Shown in pieces: positions 36,885 to 48,100 of a DNA stretch of 64,000 nt (the first letter of the stretch is position 1; each line of letters begins with the position of its first letter). The notes under the pieces were generated by a model that saw only the letters and a program-made list of their open reading frames with translations, ran no database searches and was not told the origin of the DNA. A program made the translations under genes and the position numbers. This stretch comes from Somniosus microcephalus (lineage: Eukaryota): assembly GCA_052327205.1 (NCBI GenBank), contig CM126228.1, positions 14,260,001 through 14,324,000 of the forward strand. Direction: 5' to 3'.

Positions 36885-37145
36885 CTTGAGACAGAGAGAG
36901 GGAGGGAGGGGGAGAGACAGAGATAGAAGAACAGACAGACAGAGAGAGCGCACACACACACAAAGAGACAGAGAGGAGAGAGAGACAGAGAGACATACAG
37001 ACAGAAAGTGACAGAGAGATACACACATACAGATAGAAACATGCATCCAGACACTGTGCCAAAGACTCAATCAGTCTGACATACACATGCACACACACAC
37101 TTGCATTGCAAAAGTAATTAACACAGGCGCATGCACACAGACAGA
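36885..37145. repeat. GA/CA-rich low-complexity microsatellite region
   Basis: Directly visible. Confidence 0.85.
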
Positions 37146-39112
37146 CCCCAAGATAGTTCACCAAGGAACAAGGAAGCCCTTGTCTGTGCCAACACTCAGT
37201 GCCTTTGTAACTGATGGGCATCTGTTTGTATTCGACCTCTGCCGTGGTCGCAGCCGTTTCCCAGCTCCTCTTGACAATGCCAAAGCTGCCTCTCCAGACT
37301 ACGAATGAGGGTCCCAGCACAATGCAGCCATTGTCAGATCGAGGGGAAGGGGAAGGGGTGGGATAATGATCTGGGCACAATAAACTGTTTACTAACACAA
37401 TTGCTACAGCTGCATGCTCCCCCTCTTGAAACGTTGTTTGTGTTTTTTTGTTCCTATCCTGTTTATTGCCGGGGGAAAGATCAACATTTATTCAAGCTGG
37501 CTTTAGAGAATGGAGAGCCACTGTCTATTAAAAGGTGTTGTGCTGTTTTACTGTCCAGTTACATCTGAAAGCCAAGTGGTCAAAAAGAGATAGGCACGGG
37601 GCTTTTTTCTTTAATGAGCATTGAATTTATCTCGCTCTAGCTGCACAGCAACCTCCACACAGCTAACTGTTCACGGGGAGGGGGAACAAGATTATAATTT
37701 TTTAAGCAGGATTTGTAATTTAACTGTCCAGCACTAGTTAACCAGTGAATGACTGCCTCCCTGTAACTGAATAACTGCACTCTGATCCTTAACCTGTTCT
37801 ACTCCTCTCCCCTCTGTCTTGCACAGTCCTGTAAAGGGGTCATCCCACTTTTCTTGATCAGTTCTGACCAGGGGTCTCTACCCTGAAACGTTAACCTGTC
37901 TTTTGATGTGTCTTTTGCAGAATTTTCTGTTTATTTCATGCTTCGAATTGCCTTCACCTATGGTCACTTTTTCTTTTTCTTTTTTCTTTTTAAATAAGTT
38001 ATGCAAGTGCAGGTTTTGTTACATGTAAACATTAATACACCCATATTACTACTGAAATGTGTTCTTGGCAGCAGCACTCGCAGTTAAAAGTGCAGCAAAG
38101 CCTAAATGGAAGAGTTTACAGCTCAGTAATTGTGGGTTTTCTCTTTAGTTTAATATTCCCCTTCCCCATATGACAAGTGCTTCCTTAACCCATTCAAATG
38201 TAAGTTTGAAACGGTAATCCTCAAATGAATTATTTTTTAAAGATTTTTTTTTAATGTTTGAAATGTGTACAACTGGAGGTGTCCGTCAGATCCAAGAATG
38301 GAATGTCAGCCTGTGTGCCCAAGCAATAGTTAGCATCTTATTTATAGGACGCAGTTGGTTAAATGATCACTTTACTTGGGTTGCAGACCTGGCTCTCTCT
38401 CTGGGCTTGTCTTGATATAAAATTGTTAGGAGAACCGTTCAGTTTTCATATGAAAAGGAAATATTGGATTGCTGGCTGCATCGGTGATGGGTTTCTCACT
38501 TTGTGAAAGAGAACCATGAAAAGGAGTTTCTGACAAACCACGTGATGTTACGACAAAAAAAATGCGCAGAAATACGATACGCAGCTCTCAGCTCGCAAAG
38601 AGACCAAGCTTTTGAGGCTCCCCGATGCCTTGACAAATGTATCCAATATGGAACTACGCCAGACAGACCAGGGGGTCCAGGTTACAACTCTGCTCTGTGC
38701 TGAGTTAACTGACCTTACTTAGGGCAGCGTTAGGGGCAGTACAATTGTCCTCTGCACCCCTGGACTTCGGGGGGGGGGGGTGGTTGGGGGAGAGATAATA
38801 AAATCAGCATGGGATCCTGCTCCTGATGGCTAACCAGTGGCCGGCTGGAAAGTACACGTGTTCAGATAGTGAGTGAGGATTCGTTGTGATGCCGTCCACA
38901 GTCAAATAGCCTGGCACATGAATAACGGGTACTTGAATGAGATAGTGAAGGGTGACCAGTGCCTCCAGAACCATAGTCTAGCAGGGGGAGGAGCAGGGAA
39001 GAAAAAAAACTGCCACATACATTTTCTTAATTGCTTATGTTGTCCCATCAAATTAATTCTTCACAAATACACAGTGGGTGTTGCACATTCATGTTTGCTT
39101 TTTTGTAACATT

Positions 39113-39298
39113 GGGGGTCATTTTGACTCTGGGCGACAGTGCAAAACGGGTGATGGCGAGTCGGCAGCCCGTTTTACATCTCTCCCGGTTTTTATTTCTG
39201 TTGAAGTCAATTGAAACAAAACTCAGGAGAGATGTAAAGCGGCCTGCCGATTCGCTATCACCCGTTTTACACTGTCGCATAAAGTCAAGATCTAGCCC
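39113..39298. mobile_element. Palindromic (hairpin) MITE, Harbinger-like, with 3-bp TSD ATT
   Basis: Arms ttgactctgggcgacagtgcaaaacgggtgat...ttacatctctcc / ggagagatgtaa...atcacccgttttacactgtcgcataaagtcaa; ATT on both sides. Confidence 0.85.
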
Positions 39299-39904
39299 AT
39301 TGTCTATTGGAGCACCAGCACAGTCATTCCCTTACAGAATGGACTTATCACAGACCCGCCAGTCTCTGTAATACTCTACCTATCACTTTCCTCTTACAGT
39401 GGCCCAGTCCCAAACCACTGACACACACACAGGCTGTGCTCGGATCCAGATCCTATACTACCCATCACCACTTCATTCAGAATGTGATATCAATTTCATA
39501 CACAAATTTCGGGAAACCATAGATTTTTATTTTGTCAAACAGATTTTGAAAGCGTCAAGAATTCTGTCTCTGTCTCGATTACTTCACTCATTGACACCCC
39601 TGTTGTGTATTGGCTACCTGAGCTCAACGTTGCTACTACAACCTCCTTTATTCCCCCGGAGTTTTCTCCCCTCCTCCCTCAAGGTGCTAACTCTCACTGG
39701 GAGACTATTCCAGAGGGAACAGCTGCCCTCCGGTACCTTGCACAAGTGGCCGCTCGTCACGTGTGAATCCAGACCGCCTTGGCGTCCTTTTCGGCCCTGA
39801 GTAGAGTTTCCAATCGTGTACTCTCTCCATTACAAAGACCGCCTACATCCAACCTCGTTACATCACCCCCCTCAGTTCCTACCTTAGCCCATTCACTATT
39901 GGAA

Positions 39905-40385
39905 TTGTCATCCATGAATCTGTCACCCCCAGACTCCACTATTCCAATGCTCTACTGACCAACCTCCTGTCCTCCGCCCACCATAAGCTTCAGCTCATCC
40001 AAAACGCTGCTGCCAGGATCCTATCCCGCTCACCGATCACCCCTGTCCTTCCTTAACTACATTGGCTCCCGGTACCTGACACTTCCAATTTAAAATTCTC
40101 ATCCTTGTGTTTAGATTCCTTCATGGCCTTGCCCCTCCAGCCCTAGAATCCCCCCCCCCCCACCCCCCTTCAAACTCTTCAGGGCTCTGGTCCCTTGTGC
40201 AACCCTCATGTCCCCCACCCTCACTCCACCATTATCGGCCATACCTTCAGCCATCTAGGCCTCATGCTAAGGAATTCTCTCCCTAAATCCCTCACCTCTC
40301 CACCTTCCTCTCCTCCCTTAAGACCCTCCTTAAAACCTCCTTGATCAAGCTTTCTGGCCACCCCTCCTAATATTTCCTCATTTGT
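39905..40385 (+). mobile_element. L2-type LINE 3' fragment
   Basis: HKLQLIQNAAARIL...ITPVL...LHWLP...FKILILVF remnant. Confidence 0.8.
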
Positions 40386-43300
40386 TTCAGCATTCATGTC
40401 CCCACCACCCCCCACCACCGCCCCCCCCCCCCCCCCCCATCTCCCCATGGCTCACTGGGTAAAGGTACTGGCTGGTATGGTATTGAGGCATAAAGACAAG
40501 AAAGGTCTTAGGTTCCACCTCCATCGGGGTTCCTACTCCTGATTATTATCCAATGATCCCTCCAGCAGAATGTCCAGGAATGCACTCTGGCTGAGGACAG
40601 GGACCAGGGGACTGCCTTCTGCAGTGAAATGACCTTGCGGCACTCACACATAAAAGAATGGTCACTTGGGTGAGGTACGAGGGCACCTGGCACCTGTGGA
40701 AGCCATAAGCCAGCGCCCCCAGGAAAGTGGGGGTGGGAGGGATCCCCCATCATCTCAGATTGATGACTCTAAAAATGAAGCAAACTTATCAAATGAAATA
40801 AGTTTTGTACTGCAGCCTAGTCCAGCTGGTCTCCTCAAGGGTGTAAAATGATTATTGAAAAATTAGTCCTACCCTCGGAGGAGAACATGGTGTCAAGTTA
40901 TGAATAATTCAGGTTGTTTTTTTTTACTTTCTAATATTCTGTGAGGTTTGCTTTTTGAAGTGATGATTTTTTTTTTACGAAAGTCTCATCTTATCTCATG
41001 AGTATCGACCCTTTGATCAAAGTGTTACAGAGGAGCGTGCAAAGTGAGAGGCTGTACTTTCGAGTCTCTGGTCTAAGAGGGAGGTGAAAATCAATGGGGG
41101 TTTCTGCTTCCTCATCACAGCCCAACTCCTGCTAGAAAGTGGACAGTTACGCATCTCGGGAGTGAGGACAGAACCCGCCTAGGCTGTGCTGCCCTCTATG
41201 ACAGAATAACCTGTTGACACTGGCCGTCTAGGCAGACATGAGGATACGAGAGGGTAGCTGCCATCTGTGATTTCTACTCCGGCAAGAGCCAACACCTTCA
41301 TGAGAGGAGGGGAAAAATTGGGGGGTGGGGAAACAATAGACGCTACAAAGAAAAACCTTAGCAATGTAAAAATCACTCGCACTCCGGTGGGGGGGGGGGG
41401 AGGCGGGGGTTGGAGGGGGGGGTTGTGGAATCTAAAGCACCACAATCTTGGCGCATTATTAATCCGAGTGCATAAATGCAGCTGCAGCCCCGACTGGGTG
41501 AGCACTAATCTGTTGCTATGCAACCAGCTGGAAAAGAAATCCAGTCCGGCAGTGACGGAGTTAACTATGCAGATCAGTGCTCAGTGACGGCCTTGTTAGC
41601 CATCTTGATTTTTGTTAAATGACTCCGACGGTGTTGCAAACAGTCAGCCTTGGCACTGCACTGTACACAGGACCAGGTGCCCAATTGGGACTCACTCCTC
41701 TCCTTCCCTGTGTAAAAATGCACAGCGCTGTAAATCATTTAGCGAGAGATAAATAGAAACCATGAATATTTCAGGATATTTAAATAATAAAGTGATTAAG
41801 CGACAGTAATATTCCACCCCCCATTTCTGATTCTCTCTCCCGTTCCCCCCCCCCCCACCACCACCACCCCTCCGCTGCAAATAGAACGGTTTAATTTAAA
41901 ATAAAATGGTCAATCGCATAAAATAGAGATTTTGAACAGATTTTTTACAAACCTTCCCAAAACTGGGCTCCAGTATTGAATAGAAAAAATATATATATTA
42001 AAGAAGAGGATTTATATTATTCGAGCTGATATTTAACAGTTTTGAAAAAATTGTGATAATTGGACCTTGAATTTTTTTTGGCTTGCAAACAAAGCACAGA
42101 TATTTGAAAGTAATAATAAAGGGCCTGTAGCTAACATTGTGCACATCCAATAAATGAGGAGAATAAAATATGGGTGATATTTACTGCAGAAATATTCTCG
42201 ATGTCAAAGCATCGACGCTGTGAATTACTTACTATGGGGTGATTATTCAAATCAGTGACTGTGAATTAATTACCATGGGGAGATTATTCTGTATTTGCAG
42301 GTGAGCAAGGCTGTTTGTTATTTTTTACATTTTTTAAAAATTGTTTTTCCATTGGATTCTCCCTTAGTTTTGATTCTTCTGTTGAAGTGTTTTTTTTTTG
42401 GCGAATCTGGATCCCGGGGTAAAAATGACAGAGCTACCTCAGGGCATCAGTCATTTAATTGAGGTTTGCACAAGGCTAAATACAGAGCCAACCCACGCGG
42501 AATTCAAAATCCATGCATAGAATTCCAAATTACCACGTGGCATCCCATTCGTTCTCTTCAATATAATATTCCTGATGTAGGTGCAACCCTTAAATGAGGA
42601 ATTCTCAGCTGGGTATAATATTTTTCACAAATTTCCTAATAGTTAAAAGCTGTCTCGATCCCAACTACCGACTTGTCCATTCTGTAATTGCACACAAAGC
42701 CAGCAACATGTGATGTGCGCACTCTTTTTTTGTGCACTGTATTGCAAAAGGATTATTTTTCTTTGCATTTTTTGTTATACATAAGGTGTATATTGTCTGG
42801 GTTTCCTCTTGAACGAAAGCTGCAGTTCTAATTTTGTGGAAAGCCCAGTCTGCAAGGAAATTTGAATAAAGGATTCCCATCTCTTAGCCAGCCTGATTGT
42901 GCATTTTAATTGCAGTTTAATCCCACTTTTACATCCATATAGAGATGCTCAGAACATCGTGTAGTGAAAACAGCTTGAATCAAAATAAATCTGAGCCCTC
43001 AGCAGCACAGGAAAAAAGGCAGTCTCCTCCCCGGCACTCCCTCTTTGGAAAGAATCTTTGAGCTGGCAGTAAAATATCCAAAATATTATAAATTATAAAT
43101 AAATAGATGCCACAAAGCTGGACTGGATCACAGCATTCCCCACCAGCACCCCATTCCTTCCCAACTCACATTATTTCAGTAATCACAGGTACAAAGATTA
43201 CCTCATTAACCTATTTTTAAAAAAGCACAAGACAATGACATTGTTTTGAAAATTTGGCTCAAAAAATTCCACAGCAGATGTTTTAAAAATAAATCTGAAG

Positions 43301-44809
43301 ACGTGTTTTGATTACGTCTTCAGAATCCTCCATTTGCTGTGCCATATTCGCATGTCCTCATCATTCTGTCACACAGCAAGCAAAGCCAGACATGTTACAA
43401 AGGAAAGGGATGAACTAGGCACAATCACTTGCCATAATCTCAAAGCAAGCTAACCGTCGGAAATGTTCTTGCCAATTCAAATTGAAATGCTTAAAAGGGT
43501 GCGTTTTAGTTCAACGTTAATTGGAGCGCCCGCAACTGAGGCCGTTTAACAAAAGGCGCGGACGCGCGACGCGGCTTCATCGTCAGCGGTCATTTCATCG
43601 CCGAGCAGAATCTATTTCAGCCGTGACATCGCGAGAAAGTACCCTGCGACGGCCAAGCATTTTCTCGCGGTGGTGGGATGGGGTGGAGAGTCAAGAGGGT
43701 CGAAACCACACCTCGCACTCACACGGCCTCCAAGCTGCGGCAGCAGCACAAACAGGGGCCTTGGAGGAACTTGTCCATCCAACTCAGATGTGGATACTAT
43801 GTGCTGCAGGATCACCATACCCCGGAGAGAGAGACAGACAGACAGACAGAATCCTTTAACTATCAGTAACATCTTAAAAATAAATATTCCACAGTTTTTC
43901 ATGGCGTGAAATAACTCTGTTCCAGCCCTCACAGTCTTGATTAACCAGCTATAAATGCAGAGACAGAGGGGGGCGGGGGCGAGGGGACCATTTTCTGCAG
44001 CAAAATATCCTCAGGTTTTTTTTCTCATGTGAGGAGGAGAAAAATAATGAAGGAGCTTCGGTTAAAAACACATTTTCTGCTCTAACAGTAAAAAAAAACT
44101 GTCGGGGTGGTGGGGGGGGGGGGATGCCTTGCAGTATTTGCATAATAGTTATAACAGATTATGAAAGCAGAAAGTCAGCAGGAGCATCAGCTGCTTTAAA
44201 AACGAACACTAAGAGCATGCAATTAAGAATAATTATTCTTAATGATTACAGAGAATCGAGCGGGAAGGTGTGCATTTACTGTGGATCTCGCTGCCCTTGC
44301 ATTCAGACCAACAGGATGCAAAGCTCGGTGCTGAAACAGAGAATGCCTTCTGTTAAAAAAAAAACAACAAAAAATGCACACCTATATTTCTTGGATTCAA
44401 GGCCTCTGATTTAGCAGCTGCACGCCAGGGACATCCAGCTCTAAGCTGACAGGAAGAGCTTTCAAAAAAGCAAAACGTTTCTAGGAATTAAGTTAAAATA
44501 GCTACTTTGGCGCAAGGCAAACTACATTTACTTTCTTTTGCAAATATTCTTCCGGTTTTTAATCCAGTGCGGAATATCCATTGGGGAATATTTCTTTGAT
44601 TCCAAACCGTTTTCCCTAAAACAATTTTTTTTTAGGCCGCAATTAAAAAAAAACACTTCTGTTGTATCTAACCAACACCGTTGTTGCATGGGTTGCTAAT
44701 GTGTAAAAGACATAGGGAATTCTACCTTTGAAAAAAAAAAAAATTTTGAACTTATTTTATATTATTTGTAAATTTCAATTTTGAAATAAATGTGACAAAG
44801 TTTAAAATG

Positions 44810-45175
44810 GTGCGACTAAAAAAAAAAATGCTCGCCGAGTACATATGATGAGGGTGACAAAGGGGCTACTGTTGTTTTAATTGTTTGTTCGCAATCTGCT
44901 CGCCAGCGGCTCTAAGCTCTCACTCCATGTAATTATGTTAATGTACGGCAGCTTGTCAGGATTCTGTTCATTAGAGGCAGTTGTTTCATTGCTTATATTT
45001 CTCCCGCTCTCTCTCTCTGATAATCTCCGTGTGATCAGGGCCGATGTTTACAATCTTGAAACACGGATCATTGCCACGCCATCCCTGTTTGCGCTGGGAA
45101 CCCTCGCAGTCCGGATTGCCAGTCATTAAAATGTATTCTCTTTGTTTTATTTAGCTGTTGCAGCTGAAATTAATT
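44810..45175. promoter_or_regulatory. Putative conserved non-coding enhancer-like element
   Basis: Non-repetitive and CpG-retaining, with homeodomain (TAATTA), Meis-like (TGTCAG) and Fox (TGTTTAC) motifs, inside a TE-poor block. Conservation not verified. Confidence 0.45.
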
Positions 45176-48100
45176 CCACCCCCACCAAAAAATTTTTTTA
45201 TTAAAACACCTGAATAAATTCCATTTTTGCAAATTTGCAAAATAATTCATTCTTGTTTATTTACAAGAATTCTATCCGACTTTAAAATAAGGTTTTAAGT
45301 TTTCTCCTATTGATTGAGAAGCAGAGGAGAGAACACAAGGAACCTTAGGAGGAAATTAGGCTCAATAAATCTGTCCATTTCTACCAGCAAATGGGACAAG
45401 ATTTAGTTCAAAGTCAGAAAAGTAAAGATTTTGCAAATATGTCTTCTGAAAGCATCTTATTCACATGTTCTTTGTGACAGCTCTATATACCTGCTCTGGG
45501 CAAACAGCTGACATTTTAAACTGAAATACATGGTGATAGACTGCTGTTTAATGTATAACAAGGTAAAGGTTTTTAAAAATATAACTATGATCGAGCCTGA
45601 AGTTCTGTTCATATTCAGGGGACATTTTAATATGCGAGACATTGAACAGCACTAACAAAAAAAATATTCATTTATAAAGTTGACAGATTGATTGATATTT
45701 GACTCTTGCAGAACCACACAGGTCGGGTTCTGGCCAAATATAGTGTGCCCATAAACTCCTTCTCTAACACTGCATAGTAACTGACAGAAGCAAAGTCCAG
45801 ATAACTGGCATATAGCCTCAAATTCCTACTGACTATTTTTTGGTGTATAACTACTGTAGTTCCAAAAAAAATGTATACTGTTAATGCATCAAAACTGATT
45901 AGCCTGAATAATAGTTGATGTATTGGGACAATAATCCTTCAAACATCTAAACCTCTACACTTGGAATAGCTGTGCTGTGATCTGAAGCTTAATGCTCCTA
46001 GTTCCTAGAGATTATGAAGCAGTGCCTTGCTACTGGGAAGCAGAGCCCACTGGGCACTCAATACCTGAACTGTACAACTTAGTTTATAATAATCATGCAA
46101 ATGAAATTACAGGTTAGCACAAAAATCAACATTCAATCTGTGTAAAAGAGGCTACACGAACCTATGGAGTTATATAGATTTAATATCAGTGCCTCAAAAT
46201 ATTTCCCTTTGTGAATAAGTACAGTATCTGCAACCATCTCTGCTCATTCATCTCCAACCTTCAGTAGAAAGACAATGGTGGCACTGTTACTTGTGTAGAA
46301 CAATATTTTTACAATAAGCCAAAAGGCACACAAGAAAGACGTGGGCCTCAGAACTTAAAAATTATGGATGGTGAGTCTTTCAAGTAAAAGTGGATCGTTG
46401 TAGCTTTCTACTTATTGAATAATATTTAACAGGTGAATGTTTACGCTGAAGAGGTATACAAAAAGGTTATGATTTGACACAGGCAAGTGTTTATTTCTGG
46501 GCATGTAAAATACTAGAGAAACCAGGCTGTTCATGCATGGTAGGCCTCAGACCAGCACAAACAGCAGCTTACTAAAGCAGGCTGCATTGCATTAGTACTG
46601 AATCGTATAGCCACACGTGAATGGCCTTTCCCTATTCAGAACATTCTCTCTGCTCCTGTAGATCAACCACAAAGGGATGGCCCTTCTGGGGCAAAATGAT
46701 CTTTATTCTGCTCCGAAAACATTACAAAAACTATTCCCCAACATGTGGGAAGGAATTTCCTCTGTGTTTAACAAAATCAGAATCCTATTCTTGCTAAACA
46801 AATGGAGGAAATCTTCCTGGGTGATTCCTACCCCATCATGTTTTATATTCAATCACCATGTTCTTTCCAAAACAATTTTACCAGATATATTTTATTCTCT
46901 TAATAGCACCAAATTCCTGTTTAATTTTAAAAATTCTATGACTTTGTGATTTTGAATATGATGTACCTAATTCTATTTTTAAAAGTAGTTTTCCACGTGT
47001 AAAATTTTATCTAAAATAGGAAAAGGACAGCAGAATCAATGTATTAATTTGTGTTACGCAGACAGGCTTTTTTTGTTTCATTACTCCTTCACCACCATCA
47101 CCCTCTGTACAGACAGAACAAAGCTTGCTCGGCCCAGGCAGGCGGTGCATCATGATATCTTCACAAACAGCATGTTTGTTCCTTATATCCAACATTGGGC
47201 TTAACCTGGGTTCAACAGTCTGGTTTTTATTTTCAACTCTTAGCTACGAAAGAGAAAGGTTGGTTAAAACATCACTTTGGCTTCCCCCAAATTTCAAGCT
47301 CTCCTTTCTTGAAGGCGGTGACTCGTTCTGGATATAGTTCCATGCTTTTCAACAAAACTCCAGTGCCTCCTCTAAGTGGCCATCCTTCCTGGACAGTGTA
47401 GTGTTGACAGGCTACTTTTTTCTGGTGGCATCACAATTGTGTCCAATCCTGTCCTCACCCAGCATCCACAACATGTGATGCCCACATTCAGAGAGCGAAT
47501 TAAACTAAATGTCAATCTGGCTTTCTGCTTTGATTGTAATGCAATGCCTCTTGTATGCAAAGGAAGTGTGTGTGGGTGTTGGGTGAGGACAAGGTTGGGC
47601 CCAGCTGTGATGTTCCCAAGGCGGAATAGCCTGCTGATGCTCAGACGTGAAGAATGACACTTGAGTAAGGTTCTGGAGGCTGGTTGATGCGTGTGGGCCT
47701 GTGCTCTCAGCAACAGTCAACACCTTCAGAAGAGGAGGGGGGGGGAAAGTGCAGGAAAAAAAGTAGATTGGGCAGAGGGCAGAGAACAGCTGGTACAGAT
47801 CGACACACAAAGCCTAACAGGGAGCCACTGATTGTGAAAATGTGCAGCACATCTGGACAGATCCTCTTTGGTGTTTAAGCATCATCCATATCTTCAAGAT
47901 ATTAAATGCATTTTTTTTTTGTATTTTAAGCGTGCATGCTCTGGAGACGGGCTCCCCATGTGACAAAGTGCCATGACGCAAAAGGCACATGCTGTTGCTA
48001 TGATAGGTTGCTAGGAATCTTGTGGCCCTTTAAGGCATCGGTCACAGCAGTCATGGGTCCACTTCCCTGTATAATATGCTACTCCCTGCACCAAGGATTC

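Noticed and set aside
44846-44870. miR-204/211-like sequence on the minus strand
   Set aside because: Only partial similarity and no pre-miRNA hairpin; I recognised no conserved miRNA in the window.
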